A stretch of 64,000 nt of DNA from Mytilus trossulus (taxonomy: Eukaryota). Positions 53,101 to 63,587 of the stretch are shown in pieces. The translations under genes were made by a program, and so were the position numbers. A model generated the notes under the pieces. It saw only the letters and a list, made by a program, of their open reading frames with translations. It did no database searches and was not told the DNA's origin. The first letter of the stretch is position 1, and every line of letters starts with the position of its first letter. Location of the stretch: positions 49,127,216-49,191,215 of the forward strand of contig NC_086385.1 in assembly GCF_036588685.1 (NCBI RefSeq), given 5' to 3'.

Positions 53101-56100
53101 GAGTCTGTCAACAACGGCATAGATAATAATGAGGTAAGGTAGCACCGAGTCTGTCAACAACGGCATCGATATTAATGAGGTAAGATAACAGACAGGCAAT
53201 GTGGTCTGACAATAAGGGTATCGATGCCAATGAGGTAAGGTTATACCCAGTCTGTCAACAACGGCATAGATACTAATGAGGTAAGGTAGCACCGAGTCTG
53301 TCAACAACGGCATCGATACTAATGAGGTGATATTACACCCAGTCTGTAAACAACGGTATCGATACAAATGAGGTAAGATAACAGACAGGCAATGTGGTCT
53401 GACAATAAGGGTATCGATACCAATGAGGTAAAGTAACACCGAGTCTGTCAACAACGGCAACAATACTAATGAGGTAAGGTAACACCGAGTCTTGTCAACA
53501 ACGGCATCGATACAAATGAGGTAAGATAACAGACAGGCAATGTGGTCTAACAATAAGGGTATCGATACCAATGAGGTAAAGTAACACCGAGTCTGTCAAC
53601 AACGGCAACAATACTAATGAGGTAAGGTAACACCGAGTCTTGTCAACAACGGCATCGATACAAATGAGGTAAGATAACAGACAGGCAACGTGGTCTGACA
53701 ATAAGGGTATCGATACCAATGAGGTAAGGTTATACCCAGTCTGTCAACAACGGCATCGATACTAACGAGGTGAGGTAACACCGAGTCTGTCAACAACGGC
53801 ATCGATACTAATGAGGTAATGTAGCACCGAGTCTGTCAACAACGGCATCAATACTAATGAGGTAAGGTAACACCGAGTCTTGTCAACAACGGCATAGATA
53901 CTAATGAGGTAAGATAACACCCAGTCTGTCAACAACGGCATCGATACTAATGAGGTAAGATAAAACCCAGTCTGTCAACAACGGCATCAATACTAATGAG
54001 GTAAGGTAACACCGAGTCTTGTCAACAACGGCATAGATACTAATGAGGTAAGATAACACCCAGTCTGTCAACAACGGCATCGATACTAATGCGGTCAGGT
54101 AACACCGAGTCTGTCAACAACGGCATCGATACTAATGAGGTAAGATAAAACCCGAGGCAACGTAGTATGTAAACAAGGGTATCGATACACATGAGGCTAG
54201 ATCAATTCCAGGTAACGTGGTCTATTAATAAGAATATCAATACCAATGAGGTAAGATAATTTCAAGGCTAGGTGGTCTGTTAACAACGGTATCGATACAA
54301 ATTATAAAAGATGTCATTGAGACAACGTGGTCTTCTAACAAGGGTATCAATATAAGCAGCTTCCTAATTAAAATGAGATAAGGTACGTAACTTCAACGTT
54401 ATATAGTCTGTTAAGAACGAAATCGGAACCAAAAAGTTCAAATAAAATATTAGCGAGTTTGTCTGTTACCACTTAATGCAATTATAATGAGGTTATGTAA
54501 ATAAAGGCACAACAGTAGTATACCGCTTCAAAACTCATAAATCCATAGACAAAAACAAAATCAGGGTAACAAACTAAAACCGAGGGAAACTCATTAGATA
54601 TAAGAGGAGAACAACAACACAACACTAAAATGTAACACACACAGAAACGGACCAAACACCAGACAAAATCCCAAGAGAATAACAAATATAACATCAAAAC
54701 CACATACATGAATTTGGGCTAGACAAGTACCGTGACACGTCTTATCGCAATGTGCATTTACACTAAAAAATAAGAGAAAAAAAACGATGCAAAGTTAAAA
54801 TGTAACACACACAGAAACGAACAATAATATAACTATGTAACACACAGGCAGAATCAGATTTTACACGATTCATCCGATGAAGTTCGAGGAGAAAAATAAG
54901 TCATCTTCCACATCACATTTTCTGAATTAGTTTATTGCCAATATACAATATTACATTTTTCAGATTTTAAAAGATTTCCCCGATGAACTTCGAGGAGAAA
55001 TAGGTCTTCACCTACATCATGACATCCTATCTTTGCCAATATTTGAGGATGCCACACAAGGATGTTTGAGGTCTATCTCTCTTCATACAAAGCGCGCATT
55101 CTGTGCCCCGGGAGATTTCCTATCTCACAAAGGCGATGCTGTGAACTACGTATATCTACTGTGTAATGGATCTATGGAAGTTCTTAAAGAAGAAATGGTG
55201 GTTGCCATTCTAGGTATGCTGAACAAAATTAATGCTCTAATCATCAATTTAAATTACTTAAACTAGTATACTCAATCCAAACATGGAATATTTACGGTTC
55301 GACTATAAAAGGATATATACGTCCACCTCTTCTCAAAGCATCCCAATATGATAACTTTTATTTGTTTCCTATATTTATACATATACCTCATTGGAATGTT
55401 TTAATATATTATAACCGGAAATGTTGATATAAATGTATATAAATGTATATTCAAATGCCTAATAGATGCTTAAATTAATTTTATTTGGTCTTTGTTAATA
55501 GTTGTAGCATTGGTATTATTTTAGTATCTCCTTATTTCAATTCGTTGTATGTGTAGGAATGGTATAACGTTGAATTCTATAAGATCTGAAGAACTCCCTT
55601 ATCTTTACTTTTACCTTGGAGTTTGTTAATTTTGTTCATTTAAATGGAAGACTTAACTCCTTTAACAAGAAAAGAATCATACATCCTTGAAAGTTTGTTC
55701 TTTATCTCCTTTAACTTTACAAATCCCTCAGACAAAGTTGACCTTACATGGTTTGGCTCTTATTTTCAGGGTCCTTTTTGGTTGTATAGCTCGTTAACTG
55801 TTCAGTTGATATACACTCTCACTTTCAACTATATGTCTTTGCTCGTACTTGGTTGGGATAAAGCTAGAAAAGCAATGTATAAAGTGCTGGTTTTATTTTT
55901 TTACAACTTTTAAGCACTGGACATAATTCACTGATTAAAAAGAAATACATGAATACAGTACGTATTTATCCGTCAGATTCCAGAATTTACATATGTTTTG
56001 ACCTGGAAGTTATATTTTCTGTGTATCAAAACGCTTTATAATTTCAGGGAAGGGAGATTTATTTGGTGCTGACATAAATATGGACGATCCAGTAGGAATT

Positions 56101-59100
56101 TCATGTTGTGACGTCAGATCCTTGACCTACTGTGAACTACAATGCATAAATATACGTGGATGTGTAGATGTGTTATCCCTGTATCCAGACTTTGCAGAAA
56201 AATTTCAGAAGGACATACGACATGACTTGACATATAATCTCAAGGATGGATATGAAGATGAAGAGGTATACTGTGAATTCATAATTTTCGTCGGAATCAA
56301 TTTTCGTGGATTAAGGAAATGTTTTTTTTTATGTTTGCATTCAGGTCTATATAAAATTGATAGTTTGTTAAAGATTTAGATTCGTGGTTAATCAGTACTC
56401 CCGAAAACAACGAAAATTGCCAATCCTAATAAATGTACATTATATATGTTTTGACAAATACCTACTAGTAATTGAATAGTCATTGCAGTTTGAATACTTT
56501 AAATCTGCAAAATTCGTTGATTGATAAAGCTTAACATTAGATTCTGTCAGTTGCTATTGACTTTTCTTTATTAATTCTATGAGGTATATATGTATTTTGA
56601 CTAATAACTACTAGTAATTGAATAGTCATTGCAGTTTGAATACTTTAAATCTGCAAAATTCGTTGATTGATAAAGCTTAACATTGGATTCTGTCAGTTGC
56701 TATTGACTTTTTCTTTATTAATTCTATGAGGTATATATGTATTTTGACAAATATTTACTAGTAAATATATTGTAATTGCAGTTTAAATACTTTAAATTTG
56801 CAAAATCTATTGGTTGGTAAAGCTTAACTTTCAATTTTGTAATTTTTTATGTCGTTCCCCTTTTTTAATTCGATGATAATTCTTGTATTGATATCATCCT
56901 TAGTCAATTCATTCGGCTTTATATGAGATGGGAGAACTATTGAAATGTTTAGTGACTGGACATCGTCATTTTATCACAAGATGGACACACTTTGCTAGAA
57001 GCTTGTTTATTGTGTTTATTAACGTTTAATATGAATTATATAAATAAACGAACAACTTTTATCCATTTAGATAAAGTTTCCAGTTATGTATTGTCTGGTT
57101 TGCTGTAAACTATTAAACAGCGGTATACTACTGTTGGCCATTTGATTAGGGACTTTTCGTTTTGAATTTTCCTCACAGTTCAGTATTTTTGTGGTTTTTT
57201 TTGCATTATTTTAGCATATTCATCATCTGCATCATTCGGTAACCTGATGGTGTTTATTTTTATTTGATTGGATTGAGCTTCGGAACAAACAGCCATGTGC
57301 CTTGTGCACGAATATCGGCAGTAAACAGTTATTTTTAATCGAATAAAAGTGTCCTTCAATGAAGAAAGAAATTTACTAGATTTGGTTAAATGTTTAACAT
57401 AACACATTGCGTCGCCTACATTGATATTATTGGGAAAGGGTCCTTACGTGAAGATACAACTGTACGTTTGGGTTTGCACGTGATTTATATAACACATTAC
57501 GTGACCTACATTATGTTCTTAAGGGAAAATGTCAAAAATGGAGATGATAGAATTGTACTTTTAGACTTGGCATAATGTTTTACATAACTGATTATACAAA
57601 CGATCGATTATTCATATCTAAATCATATAGCGAGCGTCTTAAAACATCTCAATTAGTGTTCACTTCTGGGGAGAATGACTCTCATTATATCTACTGACAT
57701 TCACACAGAGTAATTTCTATTCAAGGTATTTTAAAGAGGGGGTAATCTTATCAGTGAGTGGGTTAATTAGTACCATTTTCTATAGATTGTAGTCCGAAGT
57801 TTATTCAGGTGATTGGGTTAATTAGTACCAGTAGATTCAGGTTGAAATAATAAAGCTGTCTATAAGTTCACTAGACAATGGTATAATCCTCTAATTAAGC
57901 AGTTTACGTGTGATACGTGCATATTAATTGGAATACTCTTAGGGACAAATCTCCGTAAAATTTTCAAATAAAGTACCAGCTAATAATTTCTCTGAAATTA
58001 CTTAGAAGCAATAAATTTTAAAAAAAAATCAGCACAAAATCAACATATCGGATTTATTCATGATCCATTATCAATTTGAATTATTAAGTGGATTTAAAAC
58101 AGTCAAATATATACAACAATAAAACAAGCTTTCATATTGCTGTAGACCATAACTAAATTATAACAATATTGTAAAACCTATTTACAATCAACAGAAATAA
58201 GCTTTTGAAATAAGGCTTTGTGTACATTTTGCGTTTAATATAAAAAAAAAAAAAAGAAGATGTGGTATGATTGCCAATGAAACAATTATCCACAAAAAAA
58301 AACAAAATGACACAAACATAAACAGCTATAGGTCACCGTACGGCCTTCAACAATGAGCAAAGCTAATACCGTCTAGTCACTCTAAACATGCCTAAACATG
58401 TATTATATGAAATTTTTAATTGCAACATCATAAATGCCTTTCGACTTTTGTTCGAAAGTGACGTTTTCCATGTTTATCAGTATAGTCGTAATTTTGTCAT
58501 TTTCAAAATTGTATGTGCCTCTTTGCTTTATTATCCTTTAAGATAGTGATGATTATAGGCACAACAAATTAACAATCACTTTCGAAGAGTTCCTGTACCG
58601 AGTCAGGAATATTACAGTTGTTATACTTTCGTTTGGTGTGTTTGAGCTTTTGATTTTGTCATTTGATTAAGGACTTTCCGTTTTGATATTTTACTTTTTA
58701 CTGATAAGTTTGGTTGGATTTCATGAGAAGTACAAATTCAGTATGATAATATGGCTGATCGCATAAATATTTATCCTAAAATATAGAATTACTGAGCTAT
58801 TTCATTGATGCTCACAGTACACGTATCCTCGTAAACAAAACTTTCTGCTACATCTGAATAGCAAATGCCGACATAAAATAAACTTCATAACTATTGATGA
58901 CAACTTATCTTCAACTGTTTTTTTTTTTATTGAAATCTCATTTAAGACCAACTAAGACTGTGCTTACAACCTAATTGGCACAAAGAAAGTAATTCCTAGA
59001 TTTACATTAATCCTTGTCAGAAGCTAACAAATATGTGACGATTACAATAATTGCAATGATACCTTTAAGTTAACAACATACAAAGAAAATGCCTGTACCA

Positions 59101-62100
59101 AGTAAAAAATCTGACAGTAGTTATCCATTCGTTTGTTTTATCTTTTGATTTTACCTTTTGTTTAGATACTTTCCGATTTGAATTTTCCTTAGCGTTCAGT
59201 TTTTTTGTGATTTTACATTTTACTCGAGATTTAAAATAAAATGTCTTGTTAACAATTCATCGATGATTTCGTTCCGTTGGTAGATCTGATGTTTGATTCT
59301 GCCACTTTTCATAGACTTCCTCTTATAGGGATTTATCTTGGAGGTTGGTTATTCTATTGTCGGTATATTTAACATCGCCATGAAAGTGCAGACTTTGGCA
59401 AGCAACAAAAACACGTAAAACCAACCATGTTTTTTTCTTAAAATGTCCTGTATCAAGTCAGTAAAATGGCAGTTGTTATCTTATTGTTCGTTTCTATGTG
59501 TGTTGCATTGTCGTTTGTATTTTGTTACACTTCAGTGTTTCTGTTGTTTTGTTGTTTTCTTCTCATAGTTGATTTGTTTCCCTCGGTTTGAGTATGTGAC
59601 CCTAATTTGTTTTCTCTCAATCGATTTATGACTTCTGAACAGCACTATACTACTGTTGCCTTCATTTAATAAATAGTTTTTCCTGACTGATATTGTTTAG
59701 ATCGAGCATTCATGTGCTCAGATTTTTGTTTTCAATTTACTGTTTCTGTTGTTTTTTGTTTTATTTCTATCAATGGTATTGGCCTGTGCTTACAACTTTA
59801 GTCAACAAATAATATAATCCTTAATTGACTTTAATTCTAAATAGAGGTTACGTAATCTGGGAGTTAGTCTTGTAAATTTATAAGGCGACATGTTTGTTCG
59901 ATAGTTTCGTTTGTTTTCGTCTGTTTTATTTGGCTTTTGATTTTAGATTTCTTTCTCCGTATCTTTTCTCTTTCCTGAAGTAAATAATTAGTTACTTACA
60001 TTTTGTCACATGTTTCAAACATTTTAGAGACTCTTGGAGTGAGTTATAATCTACCAAGTGTTGTATCTATTTGTTTTGAAAAAAGACCCGTTATCATGCT
60101 GTTTTTTTTTTCTAATGAAATGTCCTTTTATAAGAGAATTATGTTATTTTCAACATTAAAAATAAAAAAAACAATTGTGCATTATAAACTGCTTCATATT
60201 GTCAATGATTAAATCTTTTGATCTTCTTATGTTTTCTGACCCCAGAGGTTGTTATAGTAGGATTTGACATATTTGCTGAGAACTTTCGTTTTCATTTCTC
60301 TTCAATTTCATTATTAATTGATACATTTGTTGCGTTTTACTGCTAAGTGTTATAAGTTTGATAATGGATTAGTTTTAACTTTATTTGTAAATAAATGATT
60401 ATTTTCTTTTAAAAAAATGCAGAATTACTTTGTGAAAATTATTTCAATAAAGCGAAGGAAAATCAAAGCTAATTAGTCTTTATAACGTTTATATTCAGAG
60501 TGTAATGCTTTATATATATGCTTTCAAGTTATATTTGTTATTCTCGTGGGATTTTGTCTGATGCTTGGTCCGTTTTTGTGTGTTATACATTTCAGTGTTG
60601 TGTCGTTGTTCTCCTCTTATATTTAATGAGTTTCCCTCGGTTTTAGTTTGTTACCCCGATTTAGTTTTTTTTCCATGGATTTATGAGTTTTGAACAGCGG
60701 TATACTACTGTTGCCTTTATTTATCACGTATATCATGGAAATACTGCAATATGTATACTGCTTCGTATATACTTTCATACGTCTAAATCAGTACATATAA
60801 GACAGCTCCTCCTAAAGCTGAAATAGATACTAAGGATTTTCCTATCCCAGAAATAGATTACCTTTGTCGTATTTGGGCACAACGTTTTGGCGTTTTGTGT
60901 TGATAATGCTAGTCGACTTGTTTTTGTGTTCGCCTTCTAACTGTTTTGATCTGGGCGTCACAGATTAGTCTTATTTAGATGAAAAACGCGTCTGGTGTAT
61001 CAAATTATAAGTCTGGTATTTTTGATAACTAAGTGAACCCTCTTTTTTAAATTTCCATGAACACAGTACAAAACATGTATATATAGAACACGCATTTTCA
61101 AATGAGAGTAGAAATGTTTATATATTAATATGCTTAGGCCAGCTGAAGGACGCTTCCGTGTGCGGGAATCTCTCGCTACATTGAAGGCCTGTTTGTGACC
61201 TTATGCTGTTGTTTTTTCTATGGTCGGCTTGTTGTCTTGTTGACACATTCCCCATTTCCATTCTCAATTTTATTAAAAACTTTTTTTTTCTTTCAGAGCG
61301 AAGGAGAAACAAAACTTCACAGGATAATAACACTGCCATCTATCTCAGAAGACGACGAAGAATCAGACAGTGATGGGAAAAACGATAGTCCGGGCAGTCC
61401 TGACTCCAATGTCGACGGAAGTCCCACATCCCCATTTCTTAAAAAGAACTTCCGGTTTCCATTACCTAATGGAGATGTAAAAACAAGGTAAAAACTCAGT
61501 GTTTAACTTATTTGTTTGAACTGAATAACAGTACATACTTACATTTTTATTTGTTTAGAATTTTCTCATTTTCTGAAATCAGAAATGTTTGATGATAGAG
61601 AGGGTATTTGATCATCATAGGAAGAAGAATACTCATGATAATGTATTTATATAATATTTATCAAATAAAAATAGCAAATTAGAAATATATTTTTTTCAAC
61701 TGGAAATTTTAGAAAAATATGTTACTACATGTAGTTATATTAAAACAGAAGCACAAAACACTTAGCTATCGATACCCTCTCAGACTAACAGTTCACCAGA
61801 AGTGATATTGACCAAATTCTAGTTCTAAAGTTTTTATAAGAAAATTGTTTTGTAATGAAATTAAAAATCATCTACATCAGACTTATCAGTGCTGGTCGAA
61901 TACAAAACGTTGTAATGTCAAATTTAAAATAAGATTTTAAAAACATTTCAAATTTTAAAACTGTCCGTAAAATCTGTGCACGGGGCTAACAAAATGTGTG
62001 CATTATGAAATTTTCAATATTGTATAAACAGTAACCTTAACTTTAAATCAGATTACATAAATCTTCGAAACATGTCATACCTTTCTTTCTATATTGACAA

Positions 62101-62657
62101 TCCTTCGAGATCTGGCCTTTGGGGTCAGATACGTTATGTTTGATTTGTATAGTTCATTGAGTTCTGTTTGGTTATATAGTAAGAGTTCATGTACATACCG
62201 GTACACCAGTATTATGGGCAAATAGATATGATAGGAAGATGTGGTATGATTGCCAATGAGACAACTCTCCATCGAAAAAAACAATTTATAAAACTAAACC
62301 ATTATAGTATAGGTCAAAATATGGCCTTCAACACGGAGCCTTGGCTTACACCGAACAAGCTATAAAAGGCCCCAAAATTACTAGTGTAAAACCATTCACA
62401 CAGGAAAGCCAACAGTCTAATCTAAATTAAAAAAAAACGAGAAACAACTGTACATCAGATTCCTGACTTAGGACAGGTGCAAATATTTGCAAATATATTG
62501 TTTGTGTGTACATGATTCATTTATAACTCTTTAAATTTTTTCCGATAAATCTTTTATAGGGAAAAACGAGTAGCATTTGGAACTAAGCGCCATAGTTCCT
62601 TTTCTCCAAAACGACGATCTTCCATGAAGGACCGACGACGATTAAACTCAGCGATAG
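34872..62657 (+). CDS. Elk: Elk/Kv12-subfamily (KCNH3/4/8-like) voltage-gated potassium channel; partial spliced gene, 12 exons visible, 5' and 3' ends missing
   Basis: Exons join in consistent phase at canonical GT-AG sites. The protein shows a PAS domain, S1-S6, S4 [21 protein letters not shown], pore [15 protein letters not shown]6 [16 protein letters not shown] and a CNBHD with LTYNL. The S4, pore and S6 wording is Elk-like rather than Eag- or Erg-like. Confidence 0.93.
41400..41620. repeat. ~70-80-bp tandem repeat, about 3 copies
   Basis: GAGTCTTGTACG..TAAATCAAAGCTAT repeated. Confidence 0.8.
41894..42232 (+). mobile_element. Second copy of the DINE-1/HINE-like microsatellite-bearing element
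   Basis: TTATGCGCC..GGGCATAA, (GTCC)n(GTTC)n; body is the reverse complement of 28665-28971. Confidence 0.8.
42734..42886 (+). CDS. Elk exon: PAC region ([30 protein letters not shown])
   Basis: tttcag acceptor, gtaatt donor, 153 nt, phase 1-1. Confidence 0.93.
43527..43731. mobile_element. TA-flanked MITE. Related copies: about 26865-27075 and 56269-56430
   Basis: TACTGTGAATTCATT ... AATGAATCCACAGTA. Confidence 0.85.
43960..44213 (-). mobile_element. Interspersed repeat family F. Other copies: 51860-52068(+), with degenerate ones near 7590-7755, 48540-48730 and 62715-62820
   Basis: Shared TAGAAAACTAAAGAATAA.CAACACGAAC...CATGTGGCACCCGTCGTGTTGCTTATGT. Confidence 0.85.
45610..45776 (+). CDS. 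Elk exon: N-linker with [13 protein letters not shown] motif
   Basis: ttatag acceptor, gtaagg donor, 167 nt, phase 1-0; motif typical of the KCNH N-linker. Confidence 0.88.
46994..47231 (+). CDS. Elk exon: pre-S1, S1 and start of S2
   Basis: ttgcag acceptor, gtaaga donor, 238 nt, phase 0-1; PEYK...[19 protein letters not shown]. Confidence 0.93.
47270..47475. mobile_element. TA-flanked MITE with internal inverted repeats
   Basis: Perfect 15-bp TIR TACTGTAAACCAACT/AGTTGGTTTACAGTA; internal 18-bp IR GGCGATTTATTTTCGCGA/TCGCGAAAATAAATCGCC. Confidence 0.9.
47671..48004. mobile_element. TTAA-flanked MITE (Kolobok/piggyBac-type target site)
   Basis: TTAA|GGTGGTCCAACAC ... GTGTTAGGTACCACC|TTAA. 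Confidence 0.8.
49066..49223 (+). CDS. Elk exon: end of S2 and S3
   Basis: tttcag acceptor, gtaagt donor, 158 nt, phase 1-0; DIALNF...[17 protein letters not shown]. Confidence 0.93.
49894..50098 (+). CDS. Elk exon: S4 voltage sensor and S5
   Basis: ttatag acceptor, gtatgt donor, 205 nt, phase 0-1; [17 protein letters not shown]...[12 protein letters not shown]. Confidence 0.93.
50266..50924. mobile_element. Same MITE family carrying a nested ~475-bp element (about 50303-50778)
   Basis: Same termini as 21298-21480; insert begins ATGGGGACGAAGTCCCCA and has GACTTCGTCCCCAT near its other end. Confidence 0.85.
51245..51439 (+). CDS. Elk exon: turret, pore helix, SVGFG filter, first half of S6
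   Basis: tcttag acceptor, gtaagt donor, 195 nt, phase 1-1. Confidence 0.95.
52171..52560 (+). repeat. 28-bp minisatellite x14 (GTGAGGATATATAACTAACTGGTGTGTT)
   Basis: Units start at 52171 (26 bp), 52197, then every 28 bp to 52533; near-identical. Confidence 0.97.
52571..52650 (+). pseudogene. Partial duplicate 1 of the S6 exon 5' end, ending in TGA
   Basis: ctttcag acceptor followed by [26 protein letters not shown]. Confidence 0.9.
52682..52786 (+). other. Partial duplicate 2 of the S6 exon 5' end, open and in frame with the real exon
   Basis: ccctttcag acceptor; 105 nt without a stop; ORF 52699-52995 runs through both copies. Confidence 0.9.
52787..52986 (+). CDS. Elk exon: second half of S6 (gate) and C-linker
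   Basis: tttcag acceptor, gtaaga donor, 200 nt, phase 1-0; [22 protein letters not shown]...[11 protein letters not shown]. Confidence 0.93.
52987..54350 (+). repeat. 46/47/55-bp compound minisatellite derived from the S6/C-linker exon 3' end plus donor site
   Basis: 26 countable copies of ...AACAACGGCATCGATAC(A/T/C)AATGAG|GTAAG, then degenerate copies. Confidence 0.96.
54855..54920 (+). pseudogene. Degenerate duplicate of acceptor plus 5' end of exon 54964
   Basis: cagATTTTACACGATTCATCCGATGAAGTTCGAGGAGAA versus cagATTTTAAAAGATTTCCCCGATGAACTTCGAGGAGAA; 106 bp offset. Confidence 0.85.
54964..55213 (+). CDS. Elk exon: end of C-linker and first part of CNBHD
   Basis: tttcag acceptor, gtatgc donor, 250 nt, phase 0-1; [13 protein letters not shown]...FCAPGD...GSMEVL...VVAILG. 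Confidence 0.93.
56048..56265 (+). CDS. Elk exon: CNBHD second part including the YNL intrinsic-ligand motif
   Basis: tttcag acceptor, gtatac donor, 218 nt, phase 1-0; GKGDLFG...[10 protein letters not shown]...LTYNL. Confidence 0.92.
56441..56830. repeat. ~147-bp tandem repeat, about 2.7 copies
   Basis: TACTAGTAATTGAATAGTCATTGCAGTTTGAATACTTTAAATCTGCAAAATTCG repeated. Confidence 0.9.
61297..61487 (+). CDS. Elk exon: acidic, Ser/Pro-rich post-CNBHD tail
   Basis: Long polypyrimidine tract plus cag acceptor, gtaaaa donor, open frame, phase 0-2 fits both neighbours; [14 protein letters not shown]. Confidence 0.8.
62560..62657 (+). CDS. Probable Elk exon: basic C-tail segment ([33 protein letters not shown])
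   Basis: ttttatag acceptor, gtaaaa donor, 98 nt open in phase 2-1; not in the ORF track. Confidence 0.7.
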
Positions 62658-63587
62658 GTAAAATGTCTAAATCTATAAGTTATATTGCATTTAACATATA
62701 AAAGATGAGGTAAAGATACCAGAGTGACATTCAAACTCATAGATCATAATTAAACTGCAAGGCTAAAAAAGACAATAACAAATAATAGTAAACAAGACTC
62801 AACATTGAAAACTAAAGACTAACTGATTTTGTTGTTATCCAACATAGTGAAATTGAGATTGCATGGTCTGTAATTCATGCATATATAGCAGAATAGTTGT
62901 CAGTCAAAGGTACCAAGATTATAATTTAATACGCAAAACGCACGTTTCGTCTACAAAAGACTCATCAATGACGCCCAGATCAAAATAGTGATAAAGCCAA
63001 ACAAGTACAAAGTTGAAGAGCATTAAACGCTTGTCCTTATCCTTATCCCGGTCGTACTCTCATTCATGCAGCTCCCTCAGTTTCTCCTTTATAACCATGA
63101 TGTGTCTCTTGGCACAACTTTTTGGAATTTTTGAATCCTTAATGCTCTACAACTTTGTACTTGTTTGGCTATAAATATTTTTATATGAGCGTCACTGATG
63201 AGTAGATGAAACCCGCGTATGGCGTATTAAATTATCATCCTGGTACCTTTGATAACTATCTTCCTTGTCGATTTTATATCGGTATACAAATGTCGCCTTT
63301 ATTTCTTTTTTTAACATTTTGATATACTAGTATCTACTTGCGTATTGCAGGTCTTTTGGTATTTTGAAAGGTTTAGATATGTTAATTTATCGTACCGCGG
63401 CTAAATTATCACGTTGTGATTGGTTTAATGCCGTCACGTGGTGACCCTCTATGAGACCGTAGGGGTTAGTAAATTTCATAGGGGGTTCGTGACGCGGTAA
63501 TGGTGACGTCATCTATTAATGTTGTTGTGTTTCTTTGATTATTTTTCAACAAAACGCAGCAGAAAAAGTCCAGCGTACGATAAATTC

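Noticed and set aside
52783-53802. Overlapping minus-strand ORFs (62-163 aa) as an antisense gene
   Set aside because: They are translations of the tandem array in several frames at once, with no independent coding signal.
52171-54350. CRISPR-like arrays (28-bp and 46/55-bp repeats)
   Set aside because: No unique spacers, no cas genes, eukaryotic intron context; the units derive from the adjacent exon and intron.
56441-56830. 147-bp repeat as another donor-site duplication
   Set aside because: It shares only GAGGTATA with the exon 56265 junction, too short to support homology.
63351-63370. Candidate next Elk exon after the ttgcag acceptor
   Set aside because: In the required phase 1 it reaches TGA within six codons.
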